From Octopus vulgaris (Eukaryota), in NCBI GenBank assembly GCA_951406725.2, contig OX597817.1, forward strand, positions 64,542,001 through 64,606,000: a DNA stretch of 64,000 bases, written 5' to 3'. The notes beneath the pieces are model-generated. The model searched no databases. It was given only the letters and a program-made list of their open reading frames with translations, and was not told the DNA's origin. This document shows positions 50,801 to 64,000 of this stretch, in pieces. A program made the translations under genes and the position numbers. Position 1 is the stretch's first letter. Every line of letters starts with the position of its first letter.

Positions 50801-51983
50801 TTGGTGCTATGAAGTAATGCACCCAGTAAAATCTGAAAAGTAACTGGTGGTTAGGAGGACATCCAGCCATAGAAAACTTTGTCAAATCTGAAACATTGGA
50901 GCAAAATATGGTCCATCAACCCACTGGATTTTGTCAGACTATTCAACCCATGCCAGCATGGAAAGTGAATGAAACAAAATGATGATGATGATGATGATGA
51001 TATAAAATCGTCATTGTTATAATTTTACATCTACTCACTATGCAGGCATGGATTGGAGAGATCGTCATGGTCCGAGTAAATTCTTATTCAGAGTTACTGC
51101 CTTCTTAGATCAAAGGATCATATCTCATTTGTATATTCCATTCTTGATATTATTTCTACTGCTAGATGCCCTTCCTAAATCTACCTGTTTTACACACTGG
51201 GTGCTCTACTCTATGTTGTTACCATTCATTTAAGGCAAACATGCCCTAGAGATTGAATAGAAGAGGGGAAGAAATAAATAGATAGATATAGATAAATAGA
51301 TAGATAGATAGATAGATAGAGAGGAGGGGAAATGACCAAGCGTATAAAAAAAAGAGATCCTTGTGAGTGTGATGGGGGAAACAGAGTGCTAGGATTGAAA
51401 GGATGTTAGAGGAGGGAGTTATGGAGGAGATAGTGATAGCTACATGATGGTTGCTGATAAGGAGATAGAATAGAAAACTTAGCATGATGATGAATAATAG
51501 TAATAAAGATGGTCAATGGAGAAAGTGGTAGATGTGAAAGCAAAGCGACAAGAGGGAGAAAGAGTGATGACTGGCAGTAAAGAAGGGTGATGCTAGAATT
51601 AATGAATTAGAATACATCCAATGCTAAGCCTCATTGCTCAGGTATAGAAATAGAAAGAAGGGAGAGAGATAAAGGATAATAGTGGGGAAGATTGACTATG
51701 TTATATAGGAAGTATAGTGTAGCGAATATTAAGAGTAGGTAGTGGTAGACATGAAGGTAGATGGAGACTGGAAAAGGAATATAATGGGCAGAAGACTAAT
51801 GAAGATGTTTTATGCATCACAGGTGCAGGCGTGACTGTGTGGTAAGAAGCTTGCTTCCCAACCACATGGTTCTGGGTTCAGTCCCACTGCTTGACACCAT
51901 GGGCAATTGTCTTCTACTATAGCCTCGGGCTAATCAGAGCCTTGTGAGTGGATTTGGTAGGTGGAAACTGAAAGAAGCCCGTC

Positions 51984-52027
<44 letters not shown>

Positions 52028-52259
52028 ATCTTTGTGTCTGTGTTTGTCTTCCCATCGCTGCTGGTGTGTTTATATTCCCATAACTTAGCGATTCGGCAAA
52101 AGGGACTGATAGAATAAGTACTAGGCTTACAAAGAATAAGTCTTAAGGTCAATTTCTTCAACTAAAACCCTTTAAGGCAGTGCTCCAACATGGCCACAGT
52201 TAAATGACAGAAACAAGTAAAAGAATAAAAGAATCATCAGCACAATTTGCATAAACATT

Positions 52260-52706
52260 TTACCATGTTTACGTTGGTAGATAGGTCTTCTCCAACCCTA
52301 TGTGCCACAACCTGTCATGGCCATTTGTCATCTCATTCAGCTTCTTAAGATCAGTTTTCACTTTATCCTATGTTTCTCTAGGTTTTCCTCTTTTACAGAT
52401 TCTATCCACTTCAAGCTCTCTGAACTTCTGAATACAACTAACATCCTCTGTACACATCACAAGTTTGTACCAGCACATTCTTCTCTCTTGTAGTTTATAT
52501 CTTAGTCCTCTAATTTTCAGTTTTTCTCTCGGCTCATTTGTGCTCTGTCATTCATACACACTAACTCTACACATCCAGTGGAGCATGCTCGCTTCATTTC
52601 TTTCTAACTGATACAAATCTTCCACATTCACAGCCTGCATCATACAAACTACTCTTTACTCTGAAAGGAAAACCTTGGTTACCAGCACAAGGTAATAGCA
52701 CCCTGA
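52260..52706 (-). mobile_element. Old RTE ORF2 relic
   Basis: Minus strand reads LERNEASMLHWMC...REKLKIRGLRYKLQERRMCWY, with stops. Confidence 0.75.
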
Positions 52707-52869
52707 CACAGAAAAGTCACAAAATGCAACTATGCACAACATCAATGAAACAAAACGTAACAACATGAAAGTAGGGTATCAGATATTCTAATAGAAACTG
52801 TAATTTTGATCAAAAATTTTCTATAAAGCAATATTTTGTCATTCATATTTCTTTTTACCTCCTCTTCAT

Positions 52870-52967
52870 TTATTTCTGTGTTATCTATCTATCTATCTAT
52901 ACATCTATCATTTTTATCATTTTATCTAGTTTCAGCTCACGAGCTGTGGCCATGCTGGGGCACCGCC

Positions 52968-53006
<39 letters not shown>

Positions 53007-53158
53007 GTTATCTGTCTGTCTATTTATCTGTCAACCTAGCTATCTATCTGTGTGCGCGCGCGCACGCACACACAAACCATGTAATTAGTGATGTAAAAGA
53101 AGATATATCAACAGAAGAAAGGTGAGACACAAAGATATTGTTTTCTCTCTCCCCCACC

Positions 53159-53192
<34 letters not shown>

Positions 53193-54061
53193 CCATCAGA
53201 ACCACCACATGTCACAAGGAAGTGGGAGGAAAGGGGTTTGCATTCCCTTGTCCATGTGAAGTCTAATTAATTAGAATTTGCCCTGTTGCTGCTGTAATAA
53301 CAGCAGTTGGTCTATATTTCACGAAGGAAACCTTATCCAATGACCAACCAACAATGTTTAGTTAGGGCTGTGGGGCAGCAAATTGCACACACAAACACAC
53401 TTTTGCTCACATTATTCCTCATACATACACATACACACACTTTTGCATTATTCCTTACACACATATAAGCTATCATTTTATTCTTCACACGCATGCACAC
53501 TTTTTATTCTTTACACATACACAAACTCTCATTATACACTGCACACACTCATTCTCTCTGACTTTATTTTACACACACACACACACTTTCTTATGTTATT
53601 TCTCACTCACAAACACACTAGCTCACATATATAAACATACACACACATACATGTCTTACTTTCTTGTCTCCTTGAATTCATATGTGTGTGTGTATGTTGT
53701 TTTGTGTTGTGTTTTGACTGTGTGTGTATGTGTGTGTGTGTGTGTGTGCATGCACACGCATGTGTGTGTCTGTGGCAGTTTCCAAGTATTTATGGAGTAT
53801 CTGTGCGCGTATGTGCACAGGTGTATGCGTGTTTAATAACAATCGGTACACCTGAGCCAAATGAAACACTTGAATAGAAAAGCTATTGTAAATTGAACAT
53901 ACAGAGGGAAATCAAGATCACATGAGGGAGAGAGAGAAGGAGGGAGAAACAGAGTATGTGGAAGAGTAAAGTGAGTGAGAAAGAGAGTAATGAAGGACAG
54001 GGAGTAATAGAAAGAGTAAAATGTGTGTGATGAATAAAAGTAGTGAGATTGTGTGTGTGTG

Positions 54062-54095
<34 letters not shown>

Positions 54096-54897
54096 CATGC
54101 GTGTGTGGGTGTGTGGGTGTGTAAAAAAGTGCTTGGGAGAGCAATATAGTGAGAAACAAAATGAGAGAAAATGTGGGGGAGGGGACGTCTTGAAAAACAA
54201 GAGGAATTGGAAAAACAAAAAAAGGGGATAAATTTGCAAGAGCCTACATGTGTATGCTGTGTGTGTGTGTGTGTGTGTGTTTGTATATCTATAAAGGAGA
54301 GAAAATGAATTTGAGTGAAAAGATAGTGAAGCGTAGTGTTTGAGCAGGAGACAGAGGATAATGTATTTTCCATCATCAACATCATCTTCTCCATCCATTA
54401 TCCTCTTCCTCCTAATCATCATCATCATCCTCGTCATCATTCTCATTATCATCATAATACTGAAGTGTATTATCCTCTCATCATTATCATTATCTGTTGT
54501 AGAGGGAGAGGGAGAGGGAGAAAGAGGTCAGGATGAGTGAGTGGGGGAAGCCTAAAGCAAGTTTAAAGAAACTAATAGAAACTAATGGAGAGAAAAGATT
54601 GGCAGTAGTTGGTTGCCTTGACAACGTAGATATATACAAAAGAGATCACGGAAGGCCAACGTCGATAGGAAACAGGTATGGTAGTAAAATATGGAGGTGG
54701 GTGTATGTACATCAGTGTGTATGTGTGTGTGTGTGTGTGTGCGCACACACACACACACACACATATATACATACATATACACACATATACATACATATAC
54801 ACATTATATATACACCTATATATATATGTATATAAATATATACATATATATTATATATATATGTGTGGGTGTATGTGTATGTATATATATGCATGTA

Positions 54898-54932
<35 letters not shown>

Positions 54933-56125
54933 GAGTGGGACTGATAGAGAGAAAGAAAAGAGAGAAGTAAATTGATTGATGGATGGGTAGTAACTGGTAG
55001 ATAAGATAGAAACAGAGATAAGCAGATTATATATAGATCTAGAGAAAGATAAACAAATAGAAAGATAGAGAGTTTGTATTTGTAATCTTAAACATGAAAA
55101 TTTAAAATTCTTGTACTTAGTAAAGAATACAAATATTTTAAATTTTCTAGGGTAGTGGAGTCAGTATCAATATCAGTAGTGCCAGACAAAAATTATTTAG
55201 TTAAGTCCTTTGTATTCTGAATTCAGAACTCACATGAACTGAATTTTGCCTTTCAACCACCCAGAGTTGATAAAACTAAGTACCAATAAGTAATTTACAG
55301 TCATTTGATTCATTCAAGTAAACATCCTATCCTGTAACTTTTTGCTAATGTAAGAAGACAATGCGTAAGTAGGTGCTGTAAGGTTCCCAGCTTTGGGTAG
55401 AAGAAAATACAGGAGGTGGCTGAGTTCCTTTCAAGTGTTGGGCCTCATGGAGGCAAAGTGACCGAGTTCCTTTTGAGTGTTGGCTTCATGGAGGCAATGA
55501 CCAAAACCTCTGGCTTGGGAAGAAGATCCGTCAAGCCAAACAAAATTGCAGTCATGGCAGATACCAGTGTCACGCAAAAGGCACCCGTGCCAGTGGCACG
55601 TAAAAGCATTGATTACACTCTCAGAGTGGTTGGCATTGGGAAGAGCATCCAGCATAGAAAACCGTGCCTAATCAGACTGGAGCCTGGTGCATACTTTCAG
55701 CATGCCAGCCCAGTCAAACCTTCTAACCCATGCCAGCAAAGACAGCAGTCGTTAAATACTGTTGCTGCTGATGATGATGATATTCCTCTCTCAGATTCAC
55801 AGACTTATTGCAGAGGTTCTTCAGTTTTTCTAATCCCAGCAAAAGAACTCTGAAGGTTTAATCGCCAGCCAGGTCTTTCATGATACCCTTAAAGTCATGA
55901 GCCTTTCAGCATCCCACATGTGTGTGTGTGTGTGCAACACTAAAACTCAAGAACTACCCAACTGATTTCATTCACATTTTACACATGCCTTACTTAGGAT
56001 CCTCAATAACATTTCTACTGTAATGTGATATAAGTTTCACTATTATATGGTTTCAATTTCAATTACTTTCACTCTGTATATTAGTTTCATTTCTATTAGT
56101 TTCACTATGCATTTATATACAAATT

Positions 56126-56156
<31 letters not shown>

Positions 56157-56315
56157 GTATGTATATGCACGTATATGTGTGTATTCATATATATGTGTAT
56201 ATATGTATAAGTATATATATATATGTATGTATGTATATATATGTATATATATGTATGTGTGTATATGTAGATATATATGTATATAAATATTTATATGCAT
56301 ATATATATCTTTATA

Positions 56316-56366
<51 letters not shown>

Positions 56367-56414
56367 GTATGTGTATATACATATATATCTATATGTATGT
56401 ATATATATGTGTGC

Positions 56415-56449
<35 letters not shown>

Positions 56450-56450
56450 T
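52870..56450. repeat. Microsatellite-dense tract: (TATC)n, (CT)n, (CA/TG)n, (CAT)n, (TA)n
   Basis: Directly visible; accounts for the HT/CV/IY-rich ORFs in the track. Confidence 0.95.
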
Positions 56451-56542
56451 TATAATTGTTAGGGAAAATTAATTCTGAGTCCACAGGAATGAGACATTCA
56501 AATTAAAGGTACCAAAGTGAACTTATTCCAATATTTTATTCA

Positions 56543-57046
56543 TATATATAAAAAAAGTAGTTTTAGAGACAGAACTACCCTCAACTCAATCAATATTGAA
56601 AGATATTATACCTGACCGAGCCATAAAATATTAAATATGATACTTACTATATCTATTCAGAATCCCATACTTTCCAGTTTAAAGACAACACATGTTTCAT
56701 GACAGTATGTCGGTATTGTTGAGATATATCTCTAGTTTCAATACTCAATTAGATCGACATACTCCCAATCTTCAGGTCTAGATTCTATGCATTTATTACT
56801 AAATATAATAAATGTGTAGAATCCAGACCTGAAGTTTGGGAGAACATCGATTTAATTGAATATTGAAACTAGAGACCTTATATCTCAACAATACTAACAT
56901 ACTGTCATGAAACACGTATTGTCTTTAAAAAAGAAAGTATAGGATTCTGAATAGATATAGTAAGTATCATATTTAATATTTTATGGCTCGGTCAGGTATA
57001 TCTTTCAATATTGATTGAGTTGAGGGTGGTTCTGTCTCTAAAACTA

Positions 57047-57058
<12 letters not shown>
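56543..57058. repeat. Long inverted repeat (foldback), ~255-bp arms, 7-nt loop
   Basis: Arms meet at atttatta-ctaaata-taataaat (56791-56813); the outer ends aaaagtagttttagagacagaac / gttctgtctctaaaactactttt match. Confidence 0.95.
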
Positions 57059-57088
<30 letters not shown>

Positions 57089-57681
57089 TATGCATATATA
57101 CATGCATATGTATATATACATGCATATATGGGTACAGGACATCAAAAAACGTTGAACACAATGAGAAACGAAAACATAAAAACAAAAATATAGAAAACTA
57201 CCTTTTTTCGAACAACGAAAACAACAGAGAAACAAGACATGCAACATAAAGAATATTCCCCTTCATCAGTTGTCCCTGTTTCATCTACTCCACATTTCAA
57301 AGGTAAAGACAAATAAGGATAATGCAGACATTTCTCCCCCCCCCACACACACACACATGCACTTACTAAACATAGACACACATAGGGGTATACACATGCG
57401 AAAATAAAGATACATACAATAGGAATACAAAATGGCTGATCATCAGTAAGGAAAGACACACAAATAAGAAAGGACCACTGATGAGGTCACAGAAGTGTGA
57501 CAAAAGAACTCTGGCTGAAATACGATTAATGTAAAGAATAAAATAAAGCTGAAGCAAATTAACACCAAATATATAGTGCATGTGTTTTTATCGGCCAAAC
57601 TGGCAACATGACCATCCCCAAATACAATATCTGTTTCGACACACGATTTCACATCAAGAATCTTACAAAATGAATATATAA

Positions 57682-57721
<40 letters not shown>

Positions 57722-57904
57722 TTATATTACTATATGATTGAATGCCACGCATCTATTTCCATGTAAGTTTATCTTAATAATTTTGATGCAACTCTACCTT
57801 GTACTGTTCTCTCTCTTCCTTTCTCTAATTCTTTTTTTCTCCCCTTCTCCCCATTTCAATTTTTCTCTCTCATCTCTTCTCTTATTCTTTTTTCTCCCTT
57901 TCAC

Positions 57905-58515
57905 CGTTTTCTATGAAGTAATTATAGGAAATTGGTGTTTGTTTGAAATATAAAATAAAATTTAAAATTACTGCTTTTGATTTTGGTAAGTACAAAAGCA
58001 GTAATTCTTAATTTTTAATTTATATTTCAAACAAACACCATTTTCATAATTTAAAAAAAACTACCATTTGTTAAATTATACAAATTTCACATTTGACATT
58101 TCTGAGGAGCAGAAGAGTTATCTATAAATGCTTATCAATATAGGATTTCCTTATTCTATATTATCTAAGTCTATAAACTATATTTGGAATATAAGACAAT
58201 ATAATGGATTTTACACATAACTATTATGGATTATTACAGAAGAATTACCAAGGAAGCATATATGGATTTAAAGACTCTCATACTAAAGTGTACTTACCAA
58301 AATCAAAAGCAGTAATTTTTAATTTTATTTTATATTTCAAACAAACACCATTTTCCTATATTACTTCATATTTTTAAAAACTACCATTCGATAAATTATA
58401 CAAATTTCACATTTTATATCTCTGAAGAGCAGAAGAGTTGTTTATAAATGCTTATCAATATAGGATTCCATTATAGGGACAGCACTTCTGCGAAACGACC
58501 GTATGATGCTTTAAA
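57905..58515 (+). mobile_element. Penelope-like pseudo-LTR fragment (inverted plus direct repeats) with a hammerhead-like motif
   Basis: 57905-57994 is the inverse of ~58290-58372; 57995-58148 is a direct repeat of 58306-58468; hammerhead core at 58422-58503. Confidence 0.6.
58415..58510 (+). ncRNA. Degenerate type I hammerhead ribozyme motif
   Basis: CTGAAGA (58422-28), stem II GCAGAAG/CTTCTGC, GAAAC (58492-96), GACC, GTA (58501-03); stem I weak. Confidence 0.55.
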
Positions 58516-61500
58516 AATTTAATTCGAAACTTTTAAAATATCATTATTATATATTTATACTTATACATATTTACATATATTCATATATTTAATACAACAA
58601 TTATTTTACACACGTATATATCTTTCTGAAAAATTTTCTAATATTGATTTCCTGATATTAATAATAATATATTATATTATATATATATATATCAGGCTTC
58701 TTTCAGTTTTCACCTTCAAAATCCTCTCACAGTGCTTTGGTCAGTCCTGCAGCTATAGCTATATATATATATTTTCTAAACACTACTAGAAGTTAGACCT
58801 CTGTTGACGTGAGTACTACTATGATTCAAAGTGGTGCAACAGATAGGTATGAAACAATAATTCATACAAAGAAAAGCAGGTAATTTCAATTAGAATTATA
58901 AAAAAGAGGGTGAGTTAAATGTGATGTAGAAGTAGTGTTATATAGATGTGTTTGAATTAAAGCTCTTTTTTGGGTGCATTTATTGTGTGAAAGGAAACTG
59001 TTACTCAAGAAAAAATAAAGGGAATCAATGATGGGATCTAATGGAATCGAGATCTGGCAAATTGCTATCAGGTTCAACTAGAACAGGTCTTGTATTAGAA
59101 CTAACTGATTGAAAGTCAGAGAAATTGATTCTGCTCTGGCTGTGTTTTGACAGGACCAAAAATAAAAACCAAACCGCTTACTCTGTGTTTTGTTGAGAGA
59201 AAAGAAAGATCATCATTTTACATTCACTTTCCATGCTAGTATGAGTTGGAAAGAGACTCTTCTTATTGGGAGCTATTGCTCTCATAGACTAGTGCTCATA
59301 CATGTCATTTTGGCTTATATATGTGTGTGTGCATACGTATTTGTATGTATATGTATTGTGTATATGTGCATGTATGAATAGCTTTGAGTTCCATGTTGTA
59401 TATCCGGTGTGTTACTAAGAGGTACTACTATCTCATTGGTTCAATAAACTAGTGAATGGTTAAAAATTACATGGGAGTCAAAACAAATTCATTAGAAATT
59501 AATCAGATTGGTCCCTTCTTTTGCTCACAGAGAAATATAATCTGTGATGAAATGACTTTGTTTACTTTCTACAGCAATTTATTAAAAGAGTATATCTATA
59601 TTTTGAATTATTAGAAAAAAATGCTGAGGGCCAAACATAGTGATTATTACAGGGATGGGAAGAGGGTTGAACACAACAAAACTCACAAGATGTGGAATGA
59701 GGAATGAGTCAGGAGTGCCAGCACAATAGTATCACAGTAGTGATAGAAAATACAGAAAGGACACAGCATGCATGTGAGCCAGAGGCTAGAAAATGTTAAT
59801 TCATGATTGAATGCCAATCAGTTTGAGTGACCCTTTTCTGGATGTAGTCCAGGATGTCTGTGTGCATAACAGCAATAGCATCCTAGATGTAGGCCTCAGT
59901 TTACTTGTAAACATTTATGGGTAAACCTTTGTTGTAATAAGTAAACATTTATTGTAAGTAATAAATCATAAGTTAACATTTATTCAATATATTTGCAATT
60001 GCAACTACATCTCAGTTTTGTCTTCCCTCTAGACTTTCATTAAGGTTATCCAGTGCAACAATTGCTTGTCCATACACGTTTTTATATAGTTTGTGGTGCA
60101 ATATTTTTTATCTTAAGTGATGTATTCCATTGGGATTTCTGTTCATGGAAAAGTAACAACTTGTTTTTTGTTGTAATGAAAATAGTACTCCACTTCTTAC
60201 ATGACAAAGTGATATGAGAGAGCCACTATAAAGTCAGATAGTCAGTTGTTGGAGGAAGTTAGTAGTAGTAGAATCATTGTATGAGTTTTAAGTTGGAGTC
60301 AGTGTTAGTTATGTGATATATACGAGTTCGGGTTACTCTCAAGGAAGACGTTTCAAAGTCATTGTCTTGCAGAGCTATTAGCAATAGCATGATTGACAAG
60401 TCAAAGATAATAAGATGCAGAATATCACTACAGCATAATAGTGGAGCAAGAATATTACAGTGCTGACAATAACATACAAGTGGATAAGGATCTTAGTGCT
60501 TTGAAAAGGAGGTCATTTTTGTCAAGTACTTCTTTCTAGTGGTTATCATATTGTTCTTGTCCTTTGGATTCTAAAATATGGACAAATAAGGCTGGAGACA
60601 AAAATACATTGGGAAATTATGATGGCATTGATTTCTTTCCATAGACATTATTAGCATTATATGGAAACTGTGGAAACTGTAGTGGGCAGCAAAATTGACA
60701 AACCATTCTTCCATGGTCTGTAAAATAAAGTTCAGGCTGAAACTCTTAAACACGCCTTATGATCCAGTATATTTTGAACCTGTGTCATAAGTTTGAACTT
60801 TGTACTATTATGTTTTGCTTACAACTTATAGAGGTTTTTCTTCATCCAAGAAATTGTCCCTCTTACTACAATTGCTTTTGTATTGTTTTTTTTTTCTAAC
60901 ACAGGTTCTCAGGTGACTGCAATGATGTAAATTTGATCAAAACATTCAATACCATTCTCTGCATGGAATCATTAGTTCTTTTTTCACTGATGGTGGAAAG
61001 TCTTCCCTTTTTTTATTTGACATTTTTGATCTTCCTTGTGTTTTCTGCCTTGCCCAAAGAATTTACAGCCAAGATGACAGAAATATTTCCATTGCTTTCT
61101 GTCTTTTGCAATATTCTCAATTTTCTTTGACTGGATGACAAACAGTGCAAAGTATAACTTCAGGTCATCCATGAACTTCAGTGTGGTTTTCTAAGATGAC
61201 ATTTTCCTATTGTCAAGTTTTAAACTATATTGCAGAGAACAATAAAAACTGTGCTTGAAAGCATTATTAATTTTAGCATTTCTCATTTTAAGCTTTGTTC
61301 TGGCTTTGATAAGACATCAATATATATGAGAAATGAAATGGCAAAATTATGTTTACATACAGTCTTGCCTTAGGATCAGTTTCTGTTTTCTGGCATTTTC
61401 TTATAGTCCAGTTATGGCCAGGCTTCAAAAATTCTAGATTTAAAAAGTCTCATATGTATTGACCATGTACTGAAATAGATTTAATCAATTATGCCATCCT

Positions 61501-64000
61501 TAAAATGTAGGGCACTGTGTCTATGTCAGAAAACATTATCAATGTCTAACATTAGTGCAAAACTCCATATTTAGAGAACAGAGTATAGCTGATATATCAA
61601 GCTCAGTACATGATTGGTGGTGTATTTTATCAACACTTAAGGATAGAAATAAAGTGGACTGCAGCAGAATTTGGACTCGTAATATAAAGATCAGTTAATA
61701 AATACTGCAAAATATTCTGTCCAATTCTCTACTAATTATGTCAATCCACAGCTTTTTATGTTAGAAACTATTAATAACATCATACGAATAGAAGTCGAGG
61801 ATGGCATGATGTAGAGATCAGATGAAATGCATTGCAATATTTAGTTGCCTTCTGAGTTTAAGTAGTGCTACAGTCAACTTTGTGTTTTATCCTTTTGGAG
61901 TACCAGTGAAGTAACAATGTTTAATAAAACTACACCCCTCCTCAAATTCATGACCTTGTGCCTAGATATGCACAATGGTAAAACATTACACACAATGGAG
62001 AAATGGTAAAACATTGCACAAAATGTAAAGATTTTGAAATAAATTCATGTATAACATTAAGTGATAAAGTATACCTAGGATAAAAAGCATTCCAGTCATA
62101 ATCTTCTAGTTTTTTCTATGTGTATAGGACTCAGGATCACATTAACTAACATGGTTTGAGAGAGAATTGGTTGCTGCTTCTAGCAGAGCAAACAATCACT
62201 GAGGGATTCCCTTGTTGGTTTGTACAAAACAATTATAAACTATTGAGGTGGTAGAGATAAATCTTTAATTCTCAATAGAATATCTTAGTAATTATATGAA
62301 ATGAATTACTAATTTTATCGAAAATTACAGAAAATAAACTTGTGATTGAAATCATATATTGACATGAATATTAAATCAATGTAAAGACCAAAAATCAAAT
62401 ATTGTAAACATCATTAATCCATTGTTATTTTAATAACTACAACATTACCATGTTTCCTAGCAAGACTCTAAATTAAAAAAAAAAAAAAGAAAGAACTAAA
62501 AACCAAAAAGAAAACCTATATTCTCAGTCCAAATTTACAAAACCACCAACAATAATTAAGGATAGAGTTCCTGAATAACTCATGGCAGAAAATGGTAGCT
62601 TTTTTTTTCTTTCTTTTCTATCTTAGTATTTCTGTGCCTTATACAACATATATTACGTTCTTTTTTCTAACAATTCTCATGAAGTAGGTACATCTGCTCT
62701 GAATCTTTGCCCAATTAAGGCAACAAATAGTGTTTGACCCTTTAGCATTCAGATTACACTGTCAAATGTAATGCTTTTTTATTCACACTTTTTAAAATTA
62801 ATCGTGTATTATCTTGTGGCTTTGAGATTTTGAAGATGTGGTTCTTTATTTTTAGAATGACATTGCAGGGTAGGAGTGAGAGGTTGGATATGGCCAGTTT
62901 GAACATAATACAAGTAGATTATTTGGACCAGATATGGTAAGTTTAAGTGCTAAAGGGTTAAGATTTTAAATCATCTTTTACAAACTACACGCAAATCCAT
63001 TTTCTTAGAGCAAATAGACAACAACATATCAAACTAAAAAGCACATCAGCAAATAGACTTCACTCTATTTGCATATAAGTCCCAGACCAGTGATTCATTT
63101 CATTTCAAAGTGATCCAAGTACATGGTATGAATTAGTATGGATAAACCACAAAAATGGTAAAATATTGGTATCTACCATTCTCGCTCACTCAACACCAAT
63201 TGTCTAGCCTGGTCTGGAACATTCAGTGTTCTTTAATAGTCAGAAATATGTATGGAGCTCTCCCTGGATGCTATCCCACAGCAAATGGCATTTAAACAAA
63301 GCACATACACCATGTATGTGCAATTGATAATATTTATATTACTAGAGCTGCTTTTAATTCATAATTTAATTATCAAACCAAATTGCAGTGTTTACCTTTT
63401 AATAACAATAAAAATATTTAGTTTTAGAACTGTAAACCAAGAGATACCTTACAGAAAGTCTTTACTTCGAATCATTATAAGAGAAACTCAAAGATTATCT
63501 TAAAATTTTACCTACTCATGACAACTAATCCAACAAGGGAATCTTAGTATAGTCGCTCAACTTGCTATAAAAAGCATGGCTCTGTGGTAAGTAGCTTGCT
63601 TACTAACAACATGATTCTGGGTTCAGTCCCACAGCATGGCACCTTGGGCAAGTGTCTTCTTCTATAGCCTCAGGCTGATCAAAGCCTTGTGAGTGAATTT
63701 GGTAGACAGAAACTGAAAAAAAGCCCAGTGTATATGTGTGTGTGTCTGTGTGTGTGTGTGTGTCTGTGTGTGTGTGTATGTTTGTGTGTGCATGTGTTTG
63801 TCACCCCAACATCGCTTGACGACTGATGCTGTTGTGTTTACATCCCTGTAACTTAGCGGTTCGGGAAAAAGAGACTGATAGAATAAGTATTAAGGTTACA
63901 AAGAGTAAGTCCTGGGGTTGATTTGTTCAACTAATGGTGGTGCTCTGGCATGGCCGCAGTCAAATAACAGAAACAAATAAAAGAATAAAAGAATATCTCC

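Noticed and set aside
52836-57700. ORFs rich in HT, CV and IY dipeptides (up to 190 aa)
   Set aside because: They are translations of microsatellites.

Overview
AT-rich eukaryotic genomic DNA. The repeat families, microsatellite load and intron sizes point to a cephalopod, probably Octopus; this is inference, not a database match. One host gene is present: transmembrane nucleoporin NDC1 (TMEM48) on the + strand. I assembled 15 GT-AG, phase-consistent coding exons by hand from 8719 to the stop at 34830 (about 522 codons). The first ~60 codons were not found and probably lie upstream of the window. Everything else is intron or intergenic DNA full of transposon debris: mariner (DD34D) and maT (DD37D) relics, hAT/piggyBac/Tc1/MULE-type MITEs, CR1, RTE and Penelope-like retroelements, tRNA-derived SINEs, a miniature LTR element, and microsatellites. 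Almost all ORFs in the six-frame track are spurious or TE fragments. Most notable: (1) a degenerate hammerhead-ribozyme motif inside a Penelope-like direct/inverted repeat; (2) an RTE whose stop codon plus 3'UTR is amplified into an 8-unit tandem array with higher-order structure; (3) a mini-LTR element with a putative gag start fused in frame to the integrase C-terminus, next to the NDC1 3' end; (4) a probable intron or alternative last exon just after the NDC1 stop; (5) several long foldbacks. I cannot demonstrate a wholly new system from sequence alone.
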